From contig NW_008246116.1 in the NCBI RefSeq assembly GCF_000281045.1, forward strand, positions 186,037 to 225,434: a DNA stretch of 39,398 bases, written 5' to 3'. Below, piece by piece: positions 1 through 10,592 of the stretch. A program made the position numbers and the translations under genes. The notes beneath the pieces are model-generated. The model searched no databases and had not been told where the DNA came from. It saw only the letters and a list, made by a program, of their open reading frames with translations. The DNA is from Saprolegnia diclina VS20 (lineage: Eukaryota). How positions within the stretch are numbered: the first letter of the stretch is position 1; the number at the start of each line of letters is the position of its first letter.

Positions 1-2876
1 TGGCCGCCCGAGCTGTTGAAATTGCCCCAGTAAAAGTCATTCGCGAGCACGCGCGGGGACGTGACTGTCATGTAGTAGACGTTGCCGACGAGCGAGACCA
101 CCACGTACGCCAACCCGAGAAGGGCCCACGACCCGCGGACGAACCAGCGCGTCTTGATGAGCACGCGCATGCCGCGGAAGCTCGCGACGCTACGCATGTG
201 CGCCAGGCCGGGGCTGTCGCCACGCACGGTGTGCTCTGTATGGGGCAGCGAGAACGTCGCGACCGCAGCTTCGCGCATGCCAAGTTCACTCGCCGAGAGG
301 CAGCGCCAGAGAGTATAATCAAACACATGCAGCGTGCCATTGTAAGTAAACAGGACGAGGCCGCTAAGTGCGGCCCGCACGCGGTCCATGCGCCACTCGT
401 AGCTGTTACTACTGCTGTCGCAGAAATACACAGTTGCATAGCCCGGCAGTAAAAGCGACGGAGCAACGACCGATGCACTCGGAGACGGCCAGAGGAGACA
501 CAGAACCGTGCACACAAGACCGCCAAGGCACTGCACACCCAGGTACACGGCGAGTCGATCGATGTACCCAATCGTGACAACGCCGCTCGAACATAAAAGG
601 TCGTGGTCGACGTGCAAGGCTCGGCAGTTGCGGTGGATCGACGCCGACACGGTCGGTGGCCAGATGGCGTCAAGAAGGACGCTAACGCCAAAGACGAGCG
701 TGGCCACGATTGGCGCCAACTGACGTGTGCGCCGGCTTGTCCAAAAAAGCACGAGTTCGTTCAAGACGTACACAAGCCAGAGCGACTCTCCGGCGAGCAC
801 CATCGACTCGAGCAGCGTGCGTGGCGTCGACACAAAGGTGCTGCCACCGCCGACCACTGGTTTGAGGCCGACAGGCGCGGTCGAGAGACACGCTGTGGCA
901 GCCAGGGCACGCACAACGAGCAGCGGGCGCCCGACCCACGTTGTGCCGGCAACGCGGTGCCAGCGCAGCCAGTCGGTCGGCGTCGGGCTGCCGGTGGCTT
1001 GTCGGCACATGGCAAGTGCGACAATGGCGGCGACGACCACCAACGCGAGAGTGACGTAGCCACAAACGCCGTGAATGTAGAACGCAAAGCTCTGCCCGAC
1101 GTCGAGCGGATTCGCAAATTGATCGATCGGGGTGTAGGCGTACGAGAGAAGGTGGAATGTCTGCATATCGCCTTCGAACGCCACCGCTTCGCGCTGCCCG
1201 AGCGCCCACTCGAACAGACTCGTCCAGCCAAAGACACGCCAGTGAAGCGCGTCGTGCGGCAGCAACAGCTGACTGCGCACGTCGACGGCGCTGCTACTGG
1301 AAGATATATTTTGAACAAACTGCAATGTCGAGAGGGTTAGGGCTTCCACGTCCGCCATCATCCCCGTGACATTGAACGGCGCCAGGGGTGGTAAGCGGTC
1401 GAACATGGCCACTGCCACCGACAAGGTGCGCTGACACGAGGCGGCTTCTGCGAGCACCAAGCCCGACGAATGACAGATGGCCGCCACATCGATCCCATGA
1501 TTCCTCTCGATGGAAAGGGCAAAGAGGATCGACGCGCTGGTCCACGTACTCGTCCACGGACGCTGGGTCGCACACGTGTCATCAAAGCCAAAGGACTCTT
1601 GTACAAAGCTGTAGGGGGCCCCAAAGGCGCACATGGGGTTGCCACCGAGGAAGACAAGGTCGGTTGACTGCCACGCGCGCGGCGTCGGGTGCAGGACCGT
1701 CGTTTCGAACGCATCCAAGGCTGTTGCTACGTCCGAAGACGCTTGCTTTGCGTTTTGGAGATGGTGCTGAAAGGCGGCGACGTAGGCTAAGAGACTCGGC
1801 GGGGGGCGAAGCATCCAAAGATCAACCGACCCAAGGGACCCGAGGTGGTCATGGAGCGCTTGGTTGATTCCATTGAGCGGATACGGAACGTTGTACATTT
1901 CGATGGCTTGTGGTAGTGTGTGGCCGAAAAAGGTCGGACTGTTGGTCACGAGGCTGTCGTTGACGCCGAGGTAGAAGTTGCCCATGTCGTTCTCAAAGGC
2001 CCCGTACATGGAGAGCGTCGACCACAGCGCGTACCGGTTCACAGGTGCGATCGTCTTGATGTGGAGTGTCGTGGTCACGCCCGCCGCGCTGACAACGCCG
2101 ATGGTTTCGGCCAAGCCCACTTGACGGAGGTTGCTCCAGCAAAGAGTGAACGTGGAGCAGCCCGCGTCCGTCCACACCTTTGTCTCGTCAATCACTGATG
2201 CCCACGGCTCGGCGACGAGCAATGGCAGCCACGACGCCCCCGCTGGCGTTACCGAGATTGCGTCTATAATCATGGCGTCAAAGAACTGCTCGTACAAAAC
2301 GAGCCACGCTGGCAAATCCGTGTTGCGCAAAAAGGCTTCCAAGTGCACAGCGGCGTTGGTGCCGTACCGAGCTTCACACCGCGCTTGGCGGCGAAAGGTG
2401 TGCGCGAGCGCCCATCGCTTGTCGAGATCTACCCAGCAGTACTGTGTCATCGTAAACGTCACTTCGGCCGGGGCGAGCTCGCGAATACTGACGATCGCGG
2501 CTGCGAGGTCGTCGGTCCGCTCCGTCAGCAGCACCTCCCGGGCGTAGCTCGCAGATATGTGCAGCGCACTGGTGCGGGGGTAGCGCTGGGGCAGCACGAT
2601 CGACGTAAGATCCAAGCTGGCGACGCTCGAAGTGCGGGCCAACTCGAGGTTGAAGAGGTCCGTGACCGCGCTCGCCATGCCCGACGACAGGAACGACGGC
2701 CAAAACAGATTGTTTTCAAGGTATGCGCCGTAGATGGTGAGCACGCCCGTCGCGAGACCGACGGCACAGAGGAGGTAGAGAAAGCCAAGGGCGTCGAGGA
2801 GCTTGTGCCACCGGGTCGTCGGCACTGCAACCTCGGCGACGATCCACGACGCGGTTGGTGTCCGCTCCACCGACAT
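1..2876 (-). CDS. Large multi-pass transmembrane hypothetical protein with an internally repeated module; 3' end lies beyond the left edge of the window
   Basis: Manual translation from ATG 2876 gives MSVERTPTASWIVAEVAVPTTRWHKLLDALGFLYLLCAVGLATGVLTIYGAYLENNLFWPSF. The same frame near the left edge reads ...LLGLAYVVVSLVGNVYYMTVTSPRVLANDFYWGNFNSSGG. The ORF track lists no terminated minus ORF in this frame, which fits one uninterrupted ORF of ~958 codons. It resembles an expanded Saprolegniales family (recall, not searched). Confidence 0.8.
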   Translation of the reverse strand, partial: MSVERTPTASWIVAEVAVPTTRWHKLLDALGFLYLLCAVGLATGVLTIYGAYLENNLFWPSFLSSGMASAVTDLFNLELARTSSVASLDLTSIVLPQRYPRTSALHISASYAREVLLTERTDDLAAAIVSIRELAPAEVTFTMTQYCWVDLDKRWALAHTFRRQARCEARYGTNAAVHLEAFLRNTDLPAWLVLYEQFFDAMIIDAISVTPAGASWLPLLVAEPWASVIDETKVWTDAGCSTFTLCWSNLRQVGLAETIGVVSAAGVTTTLHIKTIAPVNRYALWSTLSMYGAFENDMGNFYLGVNDSLVTNSPTFFGHTLPQAIEMYNVPYPLNGINQALHDHLGSLGSVDLWMLRPPPSLLAYVAAFQHHLQNAKQASSDVATALDAFETTVLHPTPRAWQSTDLVFLGGNPMCAFGAPYSFVQESFGFDDTCATQRPWTSTWTSASILFALSIERNHGIDVAAICHSSGLVLAEAASCQRTLSVAVAMFDRLPPLAPFNVTGMMADVEALTLSTLQFVQNISSSSSAVDVRSQLLLPHDALHWRVFGWTSLFEWALGQREAVAFEGDMQTFHLLSYAYTPIDQFANPLDVGQSFAFYIHGVCGYVTLALVVVAAIVALAMCRQATGSPTPTDWLRWHRVAGTTWVGRPLLVVRALAATACLSTAPVGLKPVVGGGSTFVSTPRTLLESMVLAGESLWLVYVLNELVLFWTSRRTRQLAPIVATLVFGVSVLLDAIWPPTVSASIHRNCRALHVDHDLLCSSGVVTIGYIDRLAVYLGVQCLGGLVCTVLCLLWPSPSASVVAPSLLLPGYATVYFCDSSSNSYEWRMDRVRAALSGLVLFTYNGTLHVFDYTLWRCLSASELGMREAAVATFSLPHTEHTVRGDSPGLAHMRSVASFRGMRVLIKTRWFVRGSWALLGLAYVVVSLVGNVYYMTVTSPRVLANDFYWGNFNSSGG

Positions 2877-2984
2877 TGGCGCGCTTGAGGAAACCGTGTG
2901 AAGGGTTGAGCCCAACGTTACGGCGAAACGAACACCAGACTCCTAATCGGTGCAAACACAACGCTTCGTTTTAAATATCCCAAA

Positions 2985-3375
2985 TGATTCAAGGTGCTTG
3001 TGCACCTGACCACCCTTGTCGACGTTCCGAAGCGTGAACCCTCTAACGCTCGTTTGAGGTATCAGGTGATGACGTTGTAGCAAAATCAGACACCCTTCTC
3101 AATCGCCGTTGAGAGCGGACACGGCTTTCGTCTCGATGAAGGTGCCTAATGATAGCTCTAATAATGGGTCTCCCTCCATACAACCCATCGCGACAGAGCG
3201 GTGCAACGACACTCTACTTGGCGAAGAAGAAGGGCCGTGCCGATATACTAACACAAGCCAAGACGGCGTCCGGCTCCGTCGCGCATCGATCGGTGTCCAG
3301 ATCAGCGGCGACTACGGCGCGAACAACGGACACCAGAAAAGCAAGCTGCGTAACAACAATCTACGCTTCAACTAA
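2985..3375 (+). pseudogene. Relic of the last exons of an ankyrin-repeat gene of the IGVQING family
   Basis: Reads QTPFSIAVESGH, then after an AG acceptor SGATTLYLAKKKGRADIL, then a frameshift into IGVQISGDYGANNG (motif at 3289-3309). This parallels the last two exons of the gene at 22620-24612 (HTPLSIAVENGH; GVATPLYIAKKKGYTDIV...IGVQING). Left boundary is approximate. Confidence 0.7.
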
Positions 3376-3599
3376 CTAAGAAATGATGTCCTTACACTGT
3401 ACTCCATTGCGATACTATGAAGCCCTTCACGAGGCGGTGGCCTCTCTCAAATGTGGCAGTGGAAACAAGTTGCGTCGGTTTAGCCATACGTGGCAGAGTG
3501 TGGTACCAAACCTCTAGAAAATGATATGTACCGTCTGGCGTACCATCTTTCACGGGCTCCTGCCACTTGGAGTTTGCACTTGGAATTGACACGACGGCG

Positions 3600-5306
3600 A
3601 TGCTGCGGCCGACGGTGCTGCTCGCTGCGATGGCCGCCGCCTACGCGTCCGAGCCCGTCGCCGACCTCTTCCCGACGCCGACGCCCTTTGGCGTCTCGCA
3701 CACGCTCTCATATGTCAACCACGGCAAGGTGCCGTACGACCCGGAGAACAAGCAGCCCAACACCGATCTCGTCGTGTACCCCGAGGGCCAAAACCGCCCG
3801 CTGGACCCCGCGTTCGCAAGCGCGCGGCCGCCGCCGCCGATCGTGCCACCGACGTTTGACATCTTTGTCGGTCTCTCGGCCTTTCGGGACGGCGGGCGCT
3901 GCGGCAAGACTGTCTTCACCGGCTTCTTGCGCGCCAAGCACCCGGACCGCCTGTACTTTGGCGTCGTCGATCAAGTGAGCCCGGAAGACGAGACGACGTG
4001 CCTCGAGTCATATTGCGCACTGGCAAACGCTCAGTGGCCTGACGTCGACTGCAAGTACAAGGACCAGATCAAGATCGACACGCGCCGCGCCGACGAGTCG
4101 CGCGGGCCGACGCTCGCCCGACACTACCAGCAAAAGCTCGTCGGCGACCAAGAGTTTTGTCTTCAGCTCGACGCCCACAGCATCTTCACCATCGACTGGG
4201 ACCTCGGCCTCGTCGACGACTGGAAGACGACGCAGAATGAGATGGCGATCCTCACCACCTACCTCCACGACCTCAACGATTTCATCTTGCCCGACGGCAG
4301 TAACAAAGGTACGACAGATCCACCGCCTCCGTTACTCATCTCCCGTTGCCATCCCTAGCGCCACAGCACTTGCCGCACATTTGCCAGACGATGCGGGGCG
4401 GGAACGGCCTCGTGCGCAACATTGGCGCCGACCTCATTCTACAACCCAAGTACCCGCAGATGACGGCGCTCTGGGGCGCGGGGCTCTCGTTCGGCAAGTG
4501 CCACGCCGAGAGGCGCGTCAAGATCGACTCGCACACACTCTGGATGTTTGACGGCGAAGAGTTCCTGCGCGCGTCGCACCTCTGGACGCACGGCTACGAC
4601 TTGTACTCACCGTCGCGCACCGGCAGTGTCGTGTACCACAACTACACGAGCGTTCCCAAGCGGTGTGTCTCTTTCAAATGTGGACAACTTGTCATGTATC
4701 AATGTATCAACTAGGTTTGAATCCATTGAAATCGACGAAGCAATGCGGGCAACTGAGCGTCTCCGAGGTGAAAATCGCTTCAAGTTTCAGGTCGGCTGGC
4801 CGTTCAAGGGCGAACTCGACGGCGACGAGCTCGACGTGTACAGCTTTGGCACGGCGCGATCCCTGCAGAGCTACCTCGACTTCTCGGGGATCACGTTCGA
4901 GCCAAACCAAACGGACAAGCACTCGTGCAAGCAGCTCTACTGGGTGCCGTACCAAGACCCGAGCAGCGTCCAAGCGCTCGTGCCTGGCTACACGATGATG
5001 CCGCCGCCACCCACTACGACCAAGGCGCCAAAAACCGCCACGTCCGCGCCGACAACGACCAAGCTCGCGGCCACAAAGGCGCCGGTGGCAACGCCTTTGG
5101 ATGGAACGCCCAAAGCTGCGCTCTTGCGCCAAGAAGCCAAGCCGGCGCCCGCTGAGAAGACGCGACCGCCGCTCACAGAAAACTACTTGGCCGTCGGCAT
5201 CGTTCTCCTCGCCGCCGTCGTCATTGTTGTCTACACCAACGACCCGCTGTGGTACCGCGCGCAGCGTCTCGTTGGAGTCCGCCACACCGAATTGCATACA
5301 GGCTAA
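3600..5306 (+). CDS. GT60-family polypeptide/hydroxyproline N-acetylglucosaminyltransferase-like protein; exons 3600-4308, 4359-4662, 4715-5306
   Basis: Family motifs IFVGLSAFRD, GPTLARH, LQLDAHSIF, WGAGLSF and FDGEE...LWTHGYDLYSP. It has an N-terminal signal peptide, a Pro/Thr-rich stalk and a C-terminal hydrophobic helix. Two GT-AG introns (4309-4358, 4663-4714) restore the frame. Confidence 0.88.
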
Positions 5307-5585
5307 TGTCCAACCTCAAATTGACAATACTGTGATGGCTGCATATTTAGCTACAAGCTGAAAGTATATGTATCGCCTCCAACACGGAGGAGCTATGTAG
5401 AGGACAGGAGTCGTTTGTACACTCGGGATCCCAAACCGCTTGACGAGAAAGTTTCTTCCTTGGCGCTCAAGGAAACTTCCTCGCTGCGATGGTCACGCAT
5501 ACAATATTATATAATGTGTACTTGATGTTTGTAGTGTTTTTTAAAGTTTCAGATTAAAATATCGGCGGCGCCGATTTTTCGGCCG

Positions 5586-5735
5586 CCCTGATTGGCTATT
5601 GCCATTCAATTTAACGCACGTGATTGGCGCGTGACGTGGTGCGCACGATCCAAGGTTGTCGGTTCACGCGGTTAGGAAGGTGCTTCGCAGGACCCCATGC
5701 CTGCAGCTCTTCGAAGCCTCATTTTCAATTCCGCC
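5586..5735 (+). promoter_or_regulatory. Oomycete-type core promoter: two reverse CCAAT boxes plus an Inr/FPR-like element
   Basis: TGATTGGC at ~5589 and ~5621; CTCATTTTCAATT at 5718-5730, about 35-45 nt upstream of the ATG at 5764. Confidence 0.55.
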
Positions 5736-5763
5736 CGCTACTACTACTAGCACTACGATCACG

Positions 5764-6360
5764 ATGACCAACCTCACTGTCTCTGTCATCCTCGGCTCGG
5801 TCCGCCCGGGCCGTATGGGCGTCCGCGCCGGTGCCTATGTCCAGACCCAGCTCGAAGCCCTTGGTGTCAAGGTCCATCTCATTGACCCCGTTGCGCTGGA
5901 CGTGCCGCTCTTTGGTACGCGCTTCGACTACATCCCGGAGGCCGACCGGTCGCCGGCGCTTCTCGAGCTCCACGCTAAGTTTACCGAGAGCGATGCGGTC
6001 CTGATCGTGACGCCCGAGTACAACCACACGTTCTCGCCCGTCATCTCGTCGCTCCTCAACTACTTTTACCACAACGAGTTTTACTACAAGGTCGCCGGTA
6101 TCACATCCTACACGATGGGCCCGTACGGCGGCGTCCGCGCCGCCATCCAACTGCGCCCGTACCTCGGCGAGCTCGGCTTGGTTTCGATCCCCAAGATTCT
6201 CCCGCTCCCGACCATCCACGCGCTTCTCGGCGAAGACGGCTCGGTGCAGCACGACGCGGTCGGTGCCGACGCCCTGGAGGCAATCAGCAGTGGCTACTTT
6301 AAGGAGCTTCTCTGGTACGCGGGCGTGCACAAGACGGCCCGCGCCGCCGGCACGCCGTAA
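5764..6360 (+). CDS. NADPH-dependent FMN reductase (flavodoxin-like fold), intronless
   Basis: GSVRPGRMG phosphate-binding loop, DAVLIVTPEYNH motif and GPYGGVRA; strong coding codon bias. Confidence 0.9.
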   Translation: MTNLTVSVILGSVRPGRMGVRAGAYVQTQLEALGVKVHLIDPVALDVPLFGTRFDYIPEADRSPALLELHAKFTESDAVLIVTPEYNHTFSPVISSLLNYFYHNEFYYKVAGITSYTMGPYGGVRAAIQLRPYLGELGLVSIPKILPLPTIHALLGEDGSVQHDAVGADALEAISSGYFKELLWYAGVHKTARAAGTP

Positions 6361-6646
6361 ATGCATGTACAAAGGCTTACTGTTCACGACATCTCGAGCA
6401 ATAACATGACTCCCAATAGCCTCTCTTTTGCCTCTACAGAGCACGTGTGGTGTGAAAGCGGAAAGGTGTTGGCATGCTCAACGTCCCACTCATACATAGG
6501 TCACAAAATTTGGGTGAAGTGCCACAGAAAAACCAAGTTTACATTTAAAATTGCGTAACTATTGCAGCGAGGACCCAAGGAAGAAGCTTTCTCGTCAAGC
6601 GGTTTGGTCTTCCTCAATTACATCAATAATGAACAGCCTAAAATAC

Positions 6647-8146
6647 TTATTTCTTGTGCATAGCTGCAATCATTTGTGCCAGCAGCTCGGATTGTGTCTT
6701 GATGGCGTCCAGAACATGTTTCGTCGACTCGGACTGCGCTTGAATAGCATCCAGTACGTGCTTGGTTGATGTCGATTGCGCCTTGATGGCGCCGAGAACA
6801 TCGTCGAGGGTGGCCGAGCCTGGCATCATAAGCGTGGCGGTGGGCGACTCGGCAACCGTTTGGCCCATCGGCACCAACTCGTCGCGCACGCTGGCGACGC
6901 GTGCTTTCACGACTTCGGGAGGGGACCGTGGCTTCTTGGTACTGCGTTTGTCGCACTGACTTGTCTTGCGTTTTTTCTGGATGACGTCTTCTTCGCTTTC
7001 GGAGGAGCTCTGGTCTACAGACATGTGCGACATGAATGATTTGCGGTCCACAAGGAATGGACTAATACCGTTGTCGCCGTTGCTATTGTCGACATTGTTT
7101 GTCGATGCCAACGACTCGAGTTGCGCGTTGGGCGTGTCCGACCAGAACGCCATCATAACGTCCAAGTGTATGGGAAGCGTGTCGGGGTCCGGGGGGCTCT
7201 CAGGCGACTCGAGGAGTGAAGCTTGGTAGGCGGCCCATGTCGTCCGCAAGCGCGTGATCTATGTCGACGATATAGGACGCTCTTTTGCATCGATTGGTCC
7301 TTTACCTTGTTGCTGATTTGCTTGACCGAAAACGTGCGACCGACGAGTCGGCTCAGCTCGGCCGCCAGACGCAGATTTGCGCCCTTCTTGGTCATGTTGT
7401 TGGTCGAGTTGAACTGAGACGCTTGGCTTGGGTCGTAGCGCAGCTCCAAGAGCTTCCTCACGCTATCATCGCACCAGTAGACGGGCTCGGGCTTGCTCTC
7501 TGTCTCCGTTCGCTTGATTTTTCTCTTCTTGTAGGTTTTTGTGGTTGTGCTGCTTGGCGGCGTCGCACTGCCTGGCGCCGTCGCAGTATTGGTCTTGGGC
7601 TTGCGCTGCACGCAAGGCGTGTCCGACCAGTACTTGGCCATGATGTCCAAGTGCACTGGCGGCAAAGTTGGCTCGGTGTCGCTCGCCGTTGATGTCTTGT
7701 AGTCGGTCCATGCTGCTTTCAGGCGCGTCATCTATGTCGATTCGAAAGGAGGTAGGGCACCCGCATCGAAGTACCTTGTTGCTAACTTGCTTGACCGTAA
7801 ACGTGCGCTCGACTATGCCGCTGAGCTCGGCCGCGAGACACTCGTTGGCGTAGTTCTTGATCATATTGCACTTGGAGTTGAAGCGAGACGCTTGGCTCGG
7901 GTCGTAACGCAGCTCAAAGAGCTTGCGGACAGTCGCTTCTGGCCAAAGATCTTTCTTGTCGTTGGCTTTTTTGCTCGTATGCTTGTCGCGCTGGACATCT
8001 TTGGCCTTGGCGGCTGGCGCGTCGGTGGGCGGCGTGGTGCTGGCAGGCGGCGTCGACGCATCGTCCGTCTCGATGACCAGCGCAGGTAGATTACGTGGCG
8101 CAACCGCCTTGCGCGTCGCTGTTGGCTTGCTCGTTCGCTCTGCCAT
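6647..8146 (-). CDS. Protein with two tandem Myb/SANT-like domains and a C-terminal coiled-coil repeat; exons 8146-7775, 7731-7306, 7258-6647
   Basis: Two copies of W...VRKL.ELRYDPSQAS.FNS..NM.K..AN..LAAELS..V.RTF.VKQ.SNK|..TRL...W..Y, each split by a phase-0 GT-AG intron (7732-7774, 7259-7305). The C-terminus has three VL(G/D)AI(K/Q)(A/T)QS repeats. The Myb/SANT assignment is by pattern only. Confidence 0.72.
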
Positions 8147-8641
8147 TGTTCGATCTTGGCGACCTCGAATCGCGTCGAGTCGCCTCTTTCTCATTGGCAC
8201 CAGTCCTTGCACCCTACCCCTTTTGCGTTTTGGCCAATCACAATGAGCCGCAGTTTTGATGAGTCGACAAGCGTCGGAGCGAACGTTCGCCGATTCGAGT
8301 ACAATTTAATGGATTGTACTATCGGCAAAGGGCGTGTACAGCATTGTCAAATGAGCACACACCCTTTTCTCTATAAATCGTATATGCAAGTAGTACGATG
8401 ATGAGGTCAAGTGCTGGAAATGTGGACGGAGACATATCCTTTAGCCAAACCTGTAGCCAAACTGTCTTCATTGTCGCACCAACACCATCGTCATTCTCGA
8501 CGTGCACCACGATTGTCCGTCCTTTGGTCGCCAACCTGAACCATAGAACAAGTCTAGCGTAGTTATATTTTACTGCAACCTTGCATGTATATGCACCATT
8601 TTCAAGCAGAGACCGAAGAATGTACTACACCAAGTTAGGAT

Positions 8642-9874
8642 CTAAATCAGCAGCGCTTCAATGGCCGTGAGCAAAAAGAGACCAAACGGGACGTCCTCGC
8701 CGAACGCTTTTTCGGGTCGAAAGAAGAGCAGCCGGACGCCTCCGGGCTTGGCCGCTGCTTGCTTGACGCGCTCAATGGTCTTGTCAAAGGCCATGTCGTT
8801 CGTGCGCTGACCATCAATGGCGACGAGGCGGTCGCCGGCCAACGCCTTCTCCAAGCCGGGCGCCGACGTCGGATCAGTCACGTCTTCAATCTCTGTTGCG
8901 CCTTTTCGGCCCACGAGCACCACACCAAGCTTCCCGCCATGGTACACGACCTCGTAGCAGTTGCTCGGAAGTTGACGGGGTGGTGCCGGGGGCGCGGCGG
9001 GGGGCGTCACAAACAAAAGCTCCAGCGGCGCCGTCGTCGCATTGTCGTGGCTCTGGATGCGGTCAATCACGTGTTCCATGGACCAGCGCTGCGTGCTCTC
9101 GCCGTTAATGCTCACCAGCTGGTCGCCAACGAGCACGTTGTCAAGTCCGTCATGCAGCGTCGTATCGAGGAGCTGGCTCACGGTCGGGAACGCCTTGATT
9201 TTAAACGCCAGCCCGAGGCGACCACCGGTAAAGTACGCAACGTGACTAGGGCCGCGTCGAAGCCCTGGTAGCTTGCTGGTCGATGACGTTATCGATGACG
9301 TCGTAGACGCAGCCTCGTCCTCGGACAGCGGCGCGACGGCCGCCGGCATAAGACTGCTCACAAAGCGCAGCGTGACAGGCCGTGCCACTTTGCTCAGCGT
9401 CGCCATGACGTGTTCAAACCGCATGACCGACGTGTCGACGTCGCCGATTGCAACGAGAATGTCGCCGACGTCGGGCGACGCCTCGTGGACCGACTTGGAG
9501 ACGACCGTGAGGAGCGAGCACGGGTCCATGACAAACGAGAGGCCAAGCGGCGCATCTTCGACCCAAAGCAGCTCGTGGCCGTCGTTGCAGAGGACGTCGC
9601 ATTGCGGAATGTCGTGTCGCCGGCTCTGGAACGTCAAGCGCAGGGGCGTGCCCGAGGCCTTGGTCCGCAGCATCTGCAACGTGGTCGCAAACGCGGGCGT
9701 GACGGGCGTGTCATCGATGGCAATCAGGACGTCGCCGACGGCGACTGGAGTGGTAAAGTGCGCGGGTAGCGGCGTCGTGAGCTTCGAGACGACGGCCAAG
9801 CCCGCGCGGTTGGAGATGACAAAGACGCCGAGCGGGCCGTTGACCCACTCGACGTGCGTGAGCGCCTCGGACAT
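8642..9874 (-). CDS. Multi-PDZ-domain protein (about 4 PDZ-like units)
   Basis: Repeated GPLGV/APLGL/GRLGL/GKLGV carboxylate-binding-like loops, each followed by VGD.L(I/V)AI(D/N)G-type segments. Confidence 0.8.
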   Translation of the reverse strand: MSEALTHVEWVNGPLGVFVISNRAGLAVVSKLTTPLPAHFTTPVAVGDVLIAIDDTPVTPAFATTLQMLRTKASGTPLRLTFQSRRHDIPQCDVLCNDGHELLWVEDAPLGLSFVMDPCSLLTVVSKSVHEASPDVGDILVAIGDVDTSVMRFEHVMATLSKVARPVTLRFVSSLMPAAVAPLSEDEAASTTSSITSSTSKLPGLRRGPSHVAYFTGGRLGLAFKIKAFPTVSQLLDTTLHDGLDNVLVGDQLVSINGESTQRWSMEHVIDRIQSHDNATTAPLELLFVTPPAAPPAPPRQLPSNCYEVVYHGGKLGVVLVGRKGATEIEDVTDPTSAPGLEKALAGDRLVAIDGQRTNDMAFDKTIERVKQAAAKPGGVRLLFFRPEKAFGEDVPFGLFLLTAIEALLI

Positions 9875-10592
9875 TGCACTTTGGCGCTGAAACGGATGGC
9901 GCGACAATTAAATGCAAGAAATGAGCATACAATTGGAAAGATAATACTATTAAATGATTCAATTACGTTGGGTACACGGACGTACCCAAAGTATTTGCTG
10001 ACAGAAGACACGGACGAGTCGCTTCCAGTGCCTCAATACTGTGCACAGCCATAATATTGTCATTTCCTTGTAGACTGCATGTTATGGTTATGGAAGTGCA
10101 ATGTACTATTGTACTGGTACCAAGAGCTCGCCGAGCACGTCAGTCTTCTTTGGCTCGTGGTGCTCTACCGGTACCTGTGTGGCTGCGATGACAATGATGG
10201 CGGCGGTCATCATGCGATGCGACGTATCGACAACACAATAAAAGTGGCACTGAAGGACGGCTCGTAGAAGCTCACCTCACAGCAAAATGGTTATTTGAGC
10301 AGGGAATCCAGTCTCGAATATGTTTTACCTATATCCCTGTCACTGACATTTATCCCTGCAACGCGGGGATACCACGCGCTTTCCCCGCTTAGCTCCTACT
10401 ACGTACACTTGTAGTCGAATGACGCGCAAGTACAAAAGGCGCTGCAATCAACTTCAGTCAACATCCAGTACACCGTGGAGGAGCCGAGCAGGGAGCCGAG
10501 GGTTTTTACCGACGCATCCCTCCTATGCTTCTGACAGCATACGCGAGCGTCCTCAAGCGAAAATACAAATGATACATGAATGACAGACGGGT

